The notes below the pieces were generated by a model. That model ran no database searches and was not told where the DNA came from. It saw only the letters and a list, made by a program, of their open reading frames with translations. The position numbers and the translations under genes were made by a program. A stretch of 64,000 nucleotides of DNA from Ignavibacteriota bacterium (lineage in GTDB: Bacteria; Bacteroidota; Ignavibacteria; UBA10030). Below, piece after piece: positions 1 through 10,864 of this stretch (position 1 is its first letter; each line of letters starts with the position of its first letter). The stretch spans positions 1,440,001 to 1,504,000 of the forward strand of contig OY969585.1 in NCBI GenBank assembly GCA_963701295.1. Reading direction: 5' to 3'.

Positions 1-1719
1 AAGATCGGTTATTGGTTCTTGCACAAGATATGCGAGCGAGCGATGTATCAGCGGCACAAACAATCCTTTCAAAGGTAAGTCAGACCATTTCGTATTTGCA
101 GCGACACTGAACATCAAAGCGCGGCCATTATCAATGCGTTCATCGATCAAGAAAGGATATCCGTTCGAAAGTGTAATCACTGTCTTTGAATGCGGAGTCG
201 GTATGAAGCGGAGTGATATCAGCACGCGCGGCGATTCCAGAATTCGCTGGCTGTGTAATGTACCTGCCGACTGTTTTGTTTCGTCCTTTTCAAACATTCC
301 GGCAAACAGCGGATGACGAAGATCCACTTTTTCGAATTCAACAGATAAACCCGTTCCTTGTGATGTTCCGAATTGGCTGTCAACTGCAGCAATCGTCGAG
401 AGACCGAGTGCAGCGGCAATGCTCATGTTGAATGCGTTCACTGTTGTATGAGCACCGGGAAAGATCAATATACCGCCGCCATTTTGAAGATATGTTTTCA
501 GAATAGACGTTTGACCCGATGTCAATTCCGGCGGATCGGAAAGAACTATGACGTCGATATTGCTTAAGAGCGATGTCGATAAACGATCTAATGCGGACTC
601 GGTCATTTTGAGACTGGCGCTGGTATCAGAGAGCCTCGTACTCAGAGCAAGCCGGAGATATGTAAGATCGGATGAGTTACCTATAAGAAGCACTCGGTTC
701 TCTTCCGGGATATGCACAGTGAAGAACCGTCTGTTGTCAAATTCGAGGTCGTCATCTTCTAGCTCGATTGTTCCCTCAAGAAACCCTGTGTGCTTGGGAA
801 CAAGTGTGAAATCCGTTTCAACTGATTGTCCTGAGCGAATGTCAACTCCTTTTTGTGCCACACGGATTCCATCTTGATAGATACTGACTACATGGTTCTG
901 CACATCAGAAGTGGCATGATTCACTAGCTTTGCTTTTACGACAAAGGGTTTATGTACTTCAAAAATTGTATTCGGAATTTCAATTGATTCTATAGCAACA
1001 TTTTGCAGTTCATGTTTTCCCAGCGGGACGAGGAAAAATTGAGTCGTCGCTGCAAAAAGACGTTCGGCAGCTTTCGATGCGCTTAACTTTGATTCGAGCG
1101 AACCCGATTGAAAGTCCGAAATTACATATACTTCTTTATTAAAATTGTTCGATGAGGCAAGCAAGCTGGACGCGAAGCGAAGCGCATCTTCTATAGTACG
1201 GTGAATAGATGATGGCTTGATATCTTTGAGCGTGCTACGAATCTCGGGGAAGTTACGTCGGGACGATGGTATCTCTTTTGTTCCATCGGAAGGAACATCT
1301 GAGAGTTTTACGAGGAAAACTTCATCTCCGTCTTTAAGGAGATTGATGATTGATGTGGTAGAGTTTTTTGCCTGCTGTAAAAGTTCTCCTTTCTCATCGC
1401 TTGCGGTCATGCTCTGTGAGTCGTCAAAAAGAATTACTGCTGTTGTCTTAGCTTGTTCGGCTAAACTGCCGGAGAGTGATCCTTTCGATGTCGGACGAGA
1501 AAATGCTAAGACAATAAGAATTACTAATAATATTCGAAGGAAGAGGAGTAACAGTTGCCGAAGTTTCAACCTGCGGATTTTTGTTTTTTGCAATTCTTTT
1601 AGGAATGACAATGTACTGAACTCAATCGTCTGCAGTTTGCGGAGATTGAAGACATGAAGCAGGATAGGAATGGCCGCTGCTGCAAGTCCGAACAGTACAA
1701 AGGGATTAAGAAAAGTCAA
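1..1719 (-). CDS. BatA-type N-terminal double-transmembrane + vWA-like domain protein (partial, runs off the window start)
   Basis: Not in the ORF track. Manual translation from TTG at 1719 gives MTFLNPFVLFGLAAAAIPILLHVFNLRKLQTIEFSTLSFLKELQKTKIRRLKLRQLLLLLLRILLVILIVLAFSRP (BatA N-terminal motif), then AVILFDDSQSM (vWA DxSxSM). AAGGA RBS upstream. Confidence 0.85.
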   Translation of the reverse strand, partial: MTFLNPFVLFGLAAAAIPILLHVFNLRKLQTIEFSTLSFLKELQKTKIRRLKLRQLLLLFLRILLVILIVLAFSRPTSKGSLSGSLAEQAKTTAVILFDDSQSMTASDEKGELLQQAKNSTTSIINLLKDGDEVFLVKLSDVPSDGTKEIPSSRRNFPEIRSTLKDIKPSSIHRTIEDALRFASSLLASSNNFNKEVYVISDFQSGSLESKLSASKAAERLFAATTQFFLVPLGKHELQNVAIESIEIPNTIFEVHKPFVVKAKLVNHATSDVQNHVVSIYQDGIRVAQKGVDIRSGQSVETDFTLVPKHTGFLEGTIELEDDDLEFDNRRFFTVHIPEENRVLLIGNSSDLTYLRLALSTRLSDTSASLKMTESALDRLSTSLLSNIDVIVLSDPPELTSGQTSILKTYLQNGGGILIFPGAHTTVNAFNMSIAAALGLSTIAAVDSQFGTSQGTGLSVEFEKVDLRHPLFAGMFEKDETKQSAGTLHSQRILESPRVLISLRFIPTPHSKTVITLSNGYPFLIDERIDNGRALMFSVAANTKWSDLPLKGLFVPLIHRSLAYLVQEPITDL

Positions 1720-1793
1720 TGAGTGTCCTTCTTCTATACAAATTCTGTACTAACTTAATCTGAAGATGCGCGAAAAGCAAGAAGATGGGAGAA

Positions 1794-1839
1794 CCTTCCG
1801 AAAGTTGTTTGCGCGAGAACAAAGAGAACTTTCGGAAGG
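1794..1839. repeat. 13-bp perfect inverted repeat (CCTTCCGAAAGTT-N20-AACTTTCGGAAGG), REP-like or operator
   Basis: Directly visible between divergent genes. Confidence 0.55.
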
Positions 1840-1883
1840 ATGCTAATTATTTTATATCTTAAGACAGGAAAAAGGAGAACAAC

Positions 1884-2660
1884 ATGTTAAAGATTGCAAT
1901 TGAAGCCGCTCTTGAAGCAGGAAAATATCTCAAAAAGAACGTTGGAAAAATTCGCCATATTGAGCGAAAGGCAGGACAAGAAACCAATCTGGTTACTGAG
2001 ATTGATAAAAAGGCAGAAGCGACAATCATCGGCAGAATAAAAAAACACTTTCCGGACCATGATTTTCTTGGTGAAGAGTCGGGAGCTGCAGAAATTAAAT
2101 CAGAATACCGATGGATCATTGATCCGTTGGATGGAACAGTAAACTATACCCATGGCCTTCCTATTTTTTGTGTCTCGGTTGGTTTAGAACACAAAGGAAA
2201 GATTGTGCTCGGTGTGGTATACGATCCGAGTCTCGACGAATTATTTACCGCTGAGAAAGGAAAAGGCGCTTGGTTGAACAAGAAACGTATTCAGGTCTCG
2301 AAAACATCAAAACTGATTGAAAGCCTTGTTGTTACAGGATTCCCTTATACAATCAACAAAAATCCGGAACCAGATATAACACATTTCAGGAATTTTGTTA
2401 TTGAAGCGCAAGGAGTAAGGCGGCTCGGTTCGGCGGCACTCGATTTATCGTATGTTGCTTGCGGCCGCTTCGATGGTTTCTGGGAGGGATCGCTTAATCC
2501 ATGGGATATGGCTGCTGGTGTGTTATTAGTAATGGAAGCAGGAGGCAAATGGACGGATTACCATGGAGTGCCTTCTACTGTGTACAATAAACAAATGCTT
2601 GCAACGAACGGGTCGATACACGAACAGATGATAGCAGTGTTGAAGAAAGCTTATCAATAG
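1884..2660 (+). CDS. suhB: Inositol monophosphatase family protein
   Basis: GEE, WIIDPLDGTVNY, RRLGSAALDL and PWDMAAG motifs. Confidence 0.93.
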   Translation: MLKIAIEAALEAGKYLKKNVGKIRHIERKAGQETNLVTEIDKKAEATIIGRIKKHFPDHDFLGEESGAAEIKSEYRWIIDPLDGTVNYTHGLPIFCVSVGLEHKGKIVLGVVYDPSLDELFTAEKGKGAWLNKKRIQVSKTSKLIESLVVTGFPYTINKNPEPDITHFRNFVIEAQGVRRLGSAALDLSYVACGRFDGFWEGSLNPWDMAAGVLLVMEAGGKWTDYHGVPSTVYNKQMLATNGSIHEQMIAVLKKAYQ

Positions 2661-2744
2661 ATCAATCTATGAGCCTCTGAGTAGCTGAGTAATAGACCAT
2701 TGATGTGAGTTTATTGCAGATCCTATGTTTTGGGTTTTAAACCT

Positions 2745-4118
2745 TCAACTTTGCACTTTCATTTCTGTAATTGTTCTTTCCCACTTCCTCACACCGTTCT
2801 TATCAACAATATCTAGAATCATTGACTTGCGTTCCGGTTGTGTGCCTGTAACCTTGAATGCCTTTGATATCCGGCTGCGAGCGGTTGCAAGAACATCTTC
2901 GCTGTCGGTATAGAAAACGGCGAGTGAATCGCCGACATCAACCGCATCGCCAACTTTCTTTTTTAAAACAATTCCTGCTTTCACGTCTATGATATCATCT
3001 ATCTTTTCCCGGCCGGCACCGAGCGAAATGTTGGTCATGCCAAGTTCAAAGGAATCTATCTCGCCGATAAACCCGGGTTCGCTGGATTTGATTTCCATGG
3101 CAAACTTCGAAAGAGGATAACGCTCGAGATTTTCTATCGCATCAACATTTCCCCCTTGTGCACGAATGAGGTCGAGTAGTTTGCGATATGCAGAACCATC
3201 TGCGATGCTTTTCCTACATTTCTCAATTCCCTCTTCAATCGACTTCGCTTTCTTGCCGAGATAGATCATTGCACCGGAAAGCACATACGTCACTTCCATT
3301 AAATCTGCTGATGTATCATTATACCCGATTGCTCCGCGCAAGCACCCAACTGCTTCTACTACTTCTAACCAATTGCCGATAGCGACACCGAGCGGTTGAT
3401 TCATATTGGTGATGAAACCGATGGTTTCTTTTCCGAATTCATTACCAATGTCGACCAGCGTTTTTGCCAGTTCCAGTGAGCGTTCATGCGTGTACATGAA
3501 AGCGCCGAGTCCGGTTTTGACATCTAACACTAATGCATCGATTCCCTCAGCCAATTTCTTACTCATAATGCTACCGGCAATAAGCGGGATGCATTCAACG
3601 GTCGCTGTTACATCACGGAGAGCGTACATTTTTTTATCTGCAGGTGCAATTTCTTTCGTTTGTCCGATCATTACGACCCCGACATCACGAATGACGCGCT
3701 TGTATTCAGAAATTGTCAAATCGGTACGGAAGCCGGGAATAGATTCTAATTTATCGAGTGTGCCGCCTGTGTGCCCGAGGCCGCGGCCGGAAATCATTGG
3801 GACAGGCACACCGCACGCTGCAACCATCGGTGCGAGAATAAGCGATACTTTATCGCCAACACCACCGGTGGAATGTTTGTCTACTTTGATACCGGGGATT
3901 TCTGAAAGATCAATTACTTCACCAGAGTGCAGCATTAATCGTGTAAAGCTTGACGTTTCTTCACGACTCATTCCCTGGAAATAGCATGCCATGAGGAATG
4001 CGGACATCTGGTAATCGGGAACTTCACCTTGGACATAGCCGGCAATAAGAAAGCGGAATTCTTCTTCAGTGAGAGAATTGCCTTCGCGTTTTTTCCGTAT
4101 CAACTCAACAACGTTCAT
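2745..4118 (-). CDS. pdp: Pyrimidine-nucleoside/thymidine phosphorylase
   Basis: DKHSTGGVGDK, ISGRGLGHTGGTLDKLESIPG and SIMSKK motifs. Confidence 0.95.
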   Translation of the reverse strand: MNVVELIRKKREGNSLTEEEFRFLIAGYVQGEVPDYQMSAFLMACYFQGMSREETSSFTRLMLHSGEVIDLSEIPGIKVDKHSTGGVGDKVSLILAPMVAACGVPVPMISGRGLGHTGGTLDKLESIPGFRTDLTISEYKRVIRDVGVVMIGQTKEIAPADKKMYALRDVTATVECIPLIAGSIMSKKLAEGIDALVLDVKTGLGAFMYTHERSLELAKTLVDIGNEFGKETIGFITNMNQPLGVAIGNWLEVVEAVGCLRGAIGYNDTSADLMEVTYVLSGAMIYLGKKAKSIEEGIEKCRKSIADGSAYRKLLDLIRAQGGNVDAIENLERYPLSKFAMEIKSSEPGFIGEIDSFELGMTNISLGAGREKIDDIIDVKAGIVLKKKVGDAVDVGDSLAVFYTDSEDVLATARSRISKAFKVTGTQPERKSMILDIVDKNGVRKWERTITEMKVQS

Positions 4119-4323
4119 AATGAGAACCTGAAAAAAACTTCTTCAATAATTAAGTCGATGAAGCAGCTTGGATACAATCGTTCGGTCTTAATCGTTTTTG
4201 ACCGCGGCATTCGAAATGGGTGAAATGATCATTAGGGTCACAAATGCCAAGAGACTGTTCCAAAGATAGAGTGAGAATCCGTTTTCGATCACTTGTTGAA
4301 GTCGGTCAATCGTACTTGCTTTC

Positions 4324-4905
4324 TCAATAATTTTCTCTGCTTCCTGGTTTTACTGCAATGCTTCCGGATTTGCACATGGGGCATTCCTGGGGCTGGTGAG
4401 TCACTGCTTCCATTAACAAGACAGCGAACTGTTTCGTATTAAATTGTACTTTACCGTTACTTCTATCGACAATACATCCGGTGCCGACAACACTTCCTTT
4501 TGCATTATTGACAAGGTTGATTACTTCTTTCGTGGAACCGCCGGTTGTTACAACATCCTCTACAACGAGAACGCGTTCACCCGGGATGATTTCAAATCCT
4601 CGGCGCAGTTCCATCTTTCCGTCTTTCCGTTCGGCAAAAATAGTGCGAGCGCTTAACATTCGACCAACTTCTGTTCCGACAACGATACCACCGATCGCAG
4701 GTGAGAGTACAACTTCGACTTCGCTGTATTCAAAGTGCCGTGCAATTTCTCCGCAGAGGAGGTGGAGATGCTTGGGAAATTGTAATACGCGGGCACATTG
4801 GAAATACTGAGAACTGTGCAATCCTGAAGTAAGTTGAAAATGGCCTTCAAGAAGTGCTTTTGTCTCCCTAAAAATGTCGAGGATTTGTTCCTTAAGTAGT
4901 TTCAT
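4324..4905 (-). CDS. pyrE: Orotate phosphoribosyltransferase
   Basis: GHFQLTSGLHS; PRPP loop VVEDVVTTGGS; C-terminal KPGSR. Confidence 0.95.
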   Translation of the reverse strand: MKLLKEQILDIFRETKALLEGHFQLTSGLHSSQYFQCARVLQFPKHLHLLCGEIARHFEYSEVEVVLSPAIGGIVVGTEVGRMLSARTIFAERKDGKMELRRGFEIIPGERVLVVEDVVTTGGSTKEVINLVNNAKGSVVGTGCIVDRSNGKVQFNTKQFAVLLMEAVTHQPQECPMCKSGSIAVKPGSRENY

Positions 4906-5059
4906 ACTTCATGCACTTTAATTTGTGATTGGTGAAAAGATACGAAGAACTCGCATGATGCGCAATTTGTCGAGTTTGTTTTCTTATAGTGTCCCATCAT
5001 CTCTTGTACCAGTAAAATTCAAAATATTTTGCACCCTTTGAATTTATAACTGATATCTT

Positions 5060-7261
5060 TTATTTTTGTTTTTTTATTTCTTCAATATTTTTTTTAAACT
5101 CTTCTGTTTCACTACGTACCTGTCTAATAAAGCTATTGTCCTCAATTGTTCCGACAGCCGCGGTCATTTCTGCTATATTCCGGTACGTATTCTGACGGAA
5201 TATGTTTTCATAATCCTTTTTCCGTGAGATGTACACCTGATCACGGATGAATTCCTGTATGGTCGTCGCTCGATCGAGTGCAGCATTCCATTGTTCTTGT
5301 GTTACATCATCTGTTCCAAGTAAAGCACAGAGGGAAGCAAAGGCATGTTTTTGCTTCTCAAGAGGATACTGTTGCCACAATGTGTTATATCGATCGTGAA
5401 TATCTTTCCATCCGGCAAGCTTTCCTGATCCGATGTCTGACCGCATCTGATCCACATCTTGTTCAGGAACCAATTGTCCGCCAAGGTTAGTCCATTTTGT
5501 TTGGCGGCTGCCTTTCAATGTTTTGCACATAGCTGCAAATGTACTGCCAGAGTTCGTGTTCAAATATTCTATCAGGTTCTTCACAGCGTAATAATGGACC
5601 ATATCTGCATACGCATGATAAGATTTATGTGCTTTGAGAATGACAGTTCTCCGATCCGACTTTTCTATATTTTCGCCGAGAATATCTAACTGAACAATTT
5701 CCTTTTCTGCCCCGGAAAGGAGTTCTCGTCCAATTCGGATAAGTTCTTTTTCATTGTTCTTGATTGAAAAACTCTGTTGGCGAAGCTTAGCTTTCGCTGT
5801 CCAGATTTCTAAAAGGTGGCGGGCATGAAACATCTCTTCAACCGTGTCAGGTGCGAGCGAATCAAATTCAATATTCTGAATTTTATTTTTTCGCTTGTCC
5901 CGGTTCTGGTATTTCCATGTATTTCGTGCGAGTGCGTACATATTGTACAGCCACCAGAAAGCAGGCAGTACTTCAAGCTCGTCTTTGGCTGCGTTGTTGT
6001 TCAGCAAAGAAAACGGTAGCGGAATATCCATTTCTGCCGGATAGTCTGCTTTAGATAATAACACAAACGATGCGAATCGACAAGAATGCTTGAGGCTGGA
6101 ACATAATCCCGGCCAGAACCCGCGGCCTGCTTGAACCTCATTATCATTTGCGCGGCTGTTATGATTGGAACCAATGGTGGCTCCAGCGGCAATGTTGCTC
6201 TGTCCTAAAAGGACTGAAGCGATTAAAAACGAATTGTTGTGATGTTGTTCGTGTGCTGGAAAAATGAGATTGTTCATTACTTCACAGCACGAAATTGTAG
6301 AATTGTCTCCGAGGAAAGAATGAATCAGTCGTGCCCCGTATTTGAGGTTGGAGTTGTTCCCCAAAATGAAACGAACTGCTTTGGAACCATAAGAAATGTG
6401 ACATCCATAACCGGTAATACCGTTTACGAGTTCAACTCCTTCTCCGATTTGTGTTGGTTCATCTTCAGAGGAGTTGATCGTGAGATTCTTCAGCTTGTTG
6501 GCACCTCTGATATAACAGTGTGAGCCGACTTTTATATCTTTGAGAATACCGGAGTTTTTAATCACGCATTGATTCTCAATTGTACCATAGAATCCACGGC
6601 CCTTGTCAAAACTATTTTGTGTTATTGAAATTAATTTATCTTGCAATGCAGTGTCGTCCCGATACTTTGCCCAGAGGTATGCATCTGCCGGAATGATGCC
6701 ATCGAATGGCAATATGCGGCGACACCCAGCTTCATTCATTAGTTCAAGCCAGACACGGACGTCTTCTGGTTCTCCCTCTTTAATAATACCGTTCCCAAAT
6801 TTTGCATAGTTTGTAGTATGCATTTCATCGATATTGAGCAGCATACATTGGTCACCGATGATGAAATGTGCCAGATACCGAACGTGATGAATAGCTACGT
6901 TATCTCCAATGTCACAGGCGATGATGGTACTGTTCGTGATCCCTACTGGTACCTGTAAATCGTGATGTTCGAGAAGCACGTTTTGGATACGTCCAATCCG
7001 GACGAGGCCGAAAAATGCAGTGTCCTTGATTCTCTTTGGATCGAATGGGTCTGTGACGAGAATTTCTTCCCAGTTGTCGGATGTATTGTTGTTTTGGATA
7101 AGTAGTTCCACTTCGTCTGCCCGCAGACGGCGCCACCTATTTTGCGGCCATGGAACTTGTATGTTGCGATGGAAATACTCGTCTTTGCCGCTTGGAATAA
7201 ACTCTTTTGGGATAAAATTTCTTCCGATGCTGTTTGACGGAAGAATGGATACGTTGTCCAT
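5060..7261 (-). CDS. DUF4954-family protein (LbH/GlmU-like repeats)
   Basis: 733 aa; hexapeptide-like repeats plus HEQHHNNSFL and GATIGSNHNSR motifs, as recalled for DUF4954. Confidence 0.75.
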   Translation of the reverse strand: MDNVSILPSNSIGRNFIPKEFIPSGKDEYFHRNIQVPWPQNRWRRLRADEVELLIQNNNTSDNWEEILVTDPFDPKRIKDTAFFGLVRIGRIQNVLLEHHDLQVPVGITNSTIIACDIGDNVAIHHVRYLAHFIIGDQCMLLNIDEMHTTNYAKFGNGIIKEGEPEDVRVWLELMNEAGCRRILPFDGIIPADAYLWAKYRDDTALQDKLISITQNSFDKGRGFYGTIENQCVIKNSGILKDIKVGSHCYIRGANKLKNLTINSSEDEPTQIGEGVELVNGITGYGCHISYGSKAVRFILGNNSNLKYGARLIHSFLGDNSTISCCEVMNNLIFPAHEQHHNNSFLIASVLLGQSNIAAGATIGSNHNSRANDNEVQAGRGFWPGLCSSLKHSCRFASFVLLSKADYPAEMDIPLPFSLLNNNAAKDELEVLPAFWWLYNMYALARNTWKYQNRDKRKNKIQNIEFDSLAPDTVEEMFHARHLLEIWTAKAKLRQQSFSIKNNEKELIRIGRELLSGAEKEIVQLDILGENIEKSDRRTVILKAHKSYHAYADMVHYYAVKNLIEYLNTNSGSTFAAMCKTLKGSRQTKWTNLGGQLVPEQDVDQMRSDIGSGKLAGWKDIHDRYNTLWQQYPLEKQKHAFASLCALLGTDDVTQEQWNAALDRATTIQEFIRDQVYISRKKDYENIFRQNTYRNIAEMTAAVGTIEDNSFIRQVRSETEEFKKNIEEIKKQK

Positions 7262-7375
7262 ATCATGCCTCTTCTATCGATTCAGAATGGTAATGTGTCC
7301 GTAATAATTTTCTTAATTTATCAATAAGAATATCTATCGCTCTTTAAAAAAGAAATGTTGTATAGATTTTTGACT

Positions 7376-8191
7376 TTAACTTAAGAAACCTTCAACACGA
7401 TGCACTTTACCAAGTGTTGTACCGAGAAATCGTTCACCTATCTCCGCAAACTTATGCGGTACGTCGCTGACGAAAAACTGCAGGTTAGGTTTCATTGTAC
7501 TAGTATTTTCTAAATGTAATTCCGCTAACATTTTCTTCACACGGATAGCAGTGGCCTCTCCGGAATCAATCAGCAAGACGTCGTTGTGTAGCACCTTATT
7601 GATGACTTTCCGCAGAATGGGATAATGCGTGCATCCAAGCACGAGCGTATCAATTTTGTCAAGAGTCAGAGGAAACAAATATTCCTTAGCGATCAATTCT
7701 GTCGCTTTATGGTCAGTCCAGCCTTCTTCAGCGAGAGGGACAAAAAGGGGGCATGGTTGTCCGAATACTTTGATTGCTGGATTAAGCTGGCGAATGGCAT
7801 TTGTATACGCATTACTAAAAATCGTGCCCAATGTTCCGATGACGCCAATCCGTTTCTTTTTTGAAGCCTGTACGGCCGCTTCTGCTCCCGGAAGGATCAC
7901 GCCAGCCACAGGTATCTTCGCACGTTTTTGAACAATATCGAGCGCAACTGCAGAAACTGTGTTACATGCGATAACGATGAGTTTGACATCATGTTGAAGC
8001 AGGATATCGGTATCTTGCAGTGCATACTCGCGCACCACCTGCGGTGATTTTGGGCCGTAGGGAACGCGCGCGGTGTCGCCAAAGTATACAATATTTTCAT
8101 GCGGCAGGTGCTGCAGTAATGCATGCACGACAGTCATGCCGCCAATACCGGAATCAAATACACCGATGGCTTGTGTGTTATTCATAATCAT
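7376..8191 (-). CDS. murI: Glutamate racemase
   Basis: FDSGIGG, PYG, IACNT and LGCTHYP motifs. Confidence 0.96.
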   Translation of the reverse strand: MIMNNTQAIGVFDSGIGGMTVVHALLQHLPHENIVYFGDTARVPYGPKSPQVVREYALQDTDILLQHDVKLIVIACNTVSAVALDIVQKRAKIPVAGVILPGAEAAVQASKKKRIGVIGTLGTIFSNAYTNAIRQLNPAIKVFGQPCPLFVPLAEEGWTDHKATELIAKEYLFPLTLDKIDTLVLGCTHYPILRKVINKVLHNDVLLIDSGEATAIRVKKMLAELHLENTSTMKPNLQFFVSDVPHKFAEIGERFLGTTLGKVHRVEGFLS

Positions 8192-10834
8192 TTAAGTTGT
8201 GGTTGATGGTACTAGTTCCGATTCAGACAGACTTCGAATGGTTGTGAGGATTTCTTGTTTCGCTTGCTCTCTTCGCTCCGGATTATCAAGTTTCTTTCCC
8301 TCGTTATCCAGCAAATAGAACGAATCAACGATACCGTCGACGCGCGTGGAAATCTTTGCGAATGTAATGTTGAGTCCAAGTCGTGATATCGTTTCTGTGA
8401 GACGATAGAGAAAGCCGAGTGTGTCCGGTGCATATACGTCAATAATAGTGAACTTTGGGTGATCCTCAAACTTTACATCGCAACGAACATTCAGATTCAT
8501 TGGTTGGGTGCGGCGTTTCCATCGCATTCGGTGGCGTTCCATCAGCTTTGAAATTTCAGTACGGCCTTCTGAAACTTCTTTGATATTGCGAGAAATTTGA
8601 CCGCACAATTCTTCCGAAAGAGGGATATGCGAGACAAATTCCACTACCCGGAACTTGTCTATGACGATGCCATCGCGTCTTGTGAAAACCTGCGCATCAA
8701 AAATGTTTGCATCATTTGCTGTCAGTACAGCACAAAACTTGGAAAGTACACCGGGAGAATCGCGGGAGATAAATGTGACTTCAGTGAAATTGCCGGATTG
8801 CTGAAAAAGTGCTGTGACCTGATCATGCGTACGGATGATCTGAAGATGTTCGGCAATCTCTTCGGGCTTGAACGTCGCAAGGTATGATGTATCTGAAAAG
8901 AGTGCAAGGTGTGTATCTACTTCTTCGGGAGGGAATTCTGGAATAAGGCTCCGAAGAATATCTGCGCGTGTCGCTTCTGCCTGCTGCACGGAGCGTTCGT
9001 GAACCTGCTCGCTTGTCATCCGTTCTTCCATGATATTCCGGGCTTTTCGATATAATTCCCAAAGAAGAAGTTCTTTCCATTCTGTCCAGACGTTCTTATT
9101 CACTGCTGAAAGATCGGCATAGGTCAATACGTATAAATAATCGAGTTGTTCTATCCGTTCGAACATGCGTGCGAAATCGACAATGGTTTGCGGATCGTTG
9201 AGGTTGCGCCGGAATGCGATCTGTTCCATGAGAAGATGATGACGGACAAGGAATGAGACGTCATCGATGAGATCATCGTACATAATACGTTGGAGGAATC
9301 GCCGGGCAATCGGTATTCCTTTGATTTCATGTTTTCCAAGGAGGGAAGGCTTTGCAATATCATGAAACAAACAGGCAAGATACAATGTGTCTCTTCGAGA
9401 CAGGGAACGAAATACGTTCCCAAAAGAGGAAGGAGACTGTTCTAGTGCTTCAGCATTGGCGAGAACAATCAATGTGTGTTCATCGGCAGTATAAAAATGA
9501 TATTGGTTATGCTGGAAGAATGATACCATTGGTTTCCATTCCGGTATCCATCGTTCGAGTAACCCAAGATCATTCATTTTGTGAAGCGCATTGGCTACTC
9601 CATTCGGTCGATGGAGAAGAAGCCGGAAGAGATTTGTTTCTGTTTGCGATTTCAAAGGTCTCATGGAATGCAAACGCCTATGAATGGCATCTTCTAACGC
9701 GTAAGAAAATTCCACCCGCCGTTCGCTTCTCAGCAAGAACGCGTTGAGGAGAATTTCATTTGTGATATGTATGCTGCGTTTTGCGCAATGAATGCGTCCA
9801 TCACGAAGAATAAATGTGCTGCCGATCTTGGTTGTTTTTGTCTTTGAGGCTTCAGCAGGCCAACGGTGGTTTGCCCAATCAAGGATCCGTGAGCAGAAAA
9901 GAGCTATTGTCTTTGATGCAGTATAGTAGTCCTGCATAAAACGATCGGCTTGCGTTCTTTTCGACCTCGCACGATAGCGCAGATGTGAAGCAATGCGCGG
10001 CTGAAGACCAAATTCAAGCGTATCGTGCAGTGCTTTGGATTGGAAATGCATCTCGTTGCGTACTCGGAGAAGAGTATCGAAGGCAGTTCGTGATTCTGTA
10101 AGAAACGATGAAGTGAATTGTTGTTTGACAAGCGGTGACTTGAGAAGATGAAGAATCGCCGTTTCTGTTGTACGAAGAGTTTTGGGAAGCGGGATCGCAC
10201 CTGTTCCTCGCATCATCCAAAGTGCAGAATGAATATCGCGTAATCCTCCTGCGCTGTTTTTGATATTTGGTTCCAGTAATTTTGAGGAACTTCCATATTT
10301 CTTATGGCGAGTATACTGCATCTCAGACATTCTCTGTACGAATGCAATTCGATTTTCTTCTTGAATTTTCTGTTTCACTACAGTCTGGAATTTTGCGAAT
10401 GTCTCTCGATCACCGCAAACATAACGTGCTTCGATGAGTGACATCCACGACTCCATATCCTTTCCCGCTAGCGCGATGCATTCATGTGTCGTACGAAAAC
10501 TGTGACCGACATCGAGGCCGATATCCAAAAGCCGATGCAGAAATTCCTGTACAGCGGGAGTAGTCTCCTGTTGAAAGCGTTCTTCAGAAATGAGAAACAT
10601 GACATCGGTATCGGAAGAGAAGCATAATTCTTTTCTGCCGTATCCTCCTAACGCAACAATTGTCAGATGCCTCGAATCGTTCTCGAGATGTTGATGAATC
10701 GTTTGGAGAAGTGTATCAAGCCGTAGTGTCAGTGCAAGTGCAACTTGTATTCCTCCAGCGCCGGCTCGGTGCAGTTGAAGAATATCCTGAGTGCTTTTTT
10801 CGTAATTTTTTTTAAGGTGCTGCAGTGTCATCAT
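8192..10834 (-). CDS. glnD: [Protein-PII] uridylyltransferase/uridylyl-removing enzyme
   Basis: ALGGYGR..L...SDTD NTase, EPNIKNSAGGLRDI, YHFYTADEHT and HDIAK HD domain, two C-terminal ACT domains. Confidence 0.94.
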   Translation of the reverse strand: MMTLQHLKKNYEKSTQDILQLHRAGAGGIQVALALTLRLDTLLQTIHQHLENDSRHLTIVALGGYGRKELCFSSDTDVMFLISEERFQQETTPAVQEFLHRLLDIGLDVGHSFRTTHECIALAGKDMESWMSLIEARYVCGDRETFAKFQTVVKQKIQEENRIAFVQRMSEMQYTRHKKYGSSSKLLEPNIKNSAGGLRDIHSALWMMRGTGAIPLPKTLRTTETAILHLLKSPLVKQQFTSSFLTESRTAFDTLLRVRNEMHFQSKALHDTLEFGLQPRIASHLRYRARSKRTQADRFMQDYYTASKTIALFCSRILDWANHRWPAEASKTKTTKIGSTFILRDGRIHCAKRSIHITNEILLNAFLLRSERRVEFSYALEDAIHRRLHSMRPLKSQTETNLFRLLLHRPNGVANALHKMNDLGLLERWIPEWKPMVSFFQHNQYHFYTADEHTLIVLANAEALEQSPSSFGNVFRSLSRRDTLYLACLFHDIAKPSLLGKHEIKGIPIARRFLQRIMYDDLIDDVSFLVRHHLLMEQIAFRRNLNDPQTIVDFARMFERIEQLDYLYVLTYADLSAVNKNVWTEWKELLLWELYRKARNIMEERMTSEQVHERSVQQAEATRADILRSLIPEFPPEEVDTHLALFSDTSYLATFKPEEIAEHLQIIRTHDQVTALFQQSGNFTEVTFISRDSPGVLSKFCAVLTANDANIFDAQVFTRRDGIVIDKFRVVEFVSHIPLSEELCGQISRNIKEVSEGRTEISKLMERHRMRWKRRTQPMNLNVRCDVKFEDHPKFTIIDVYAPDTLGFLYRLTETISRLGLNITFAKISTRVDGIVDSFYLLDNEGKKLDNPERREQAKQEILTTIRSLSESELVPSTTT

Positions 10835-10864
10835 AGAATCAATATAATCAATGGTGAAGAATGG

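Noticed and set aside
134-1657. Several short plus-strand ORFs
   Set aside because: Antisense shadows of the long minus-strand BatA-domain gene. The same applies to most short overlapping ORFs in the track, e.g. 3406-3984 and 13422-13904.
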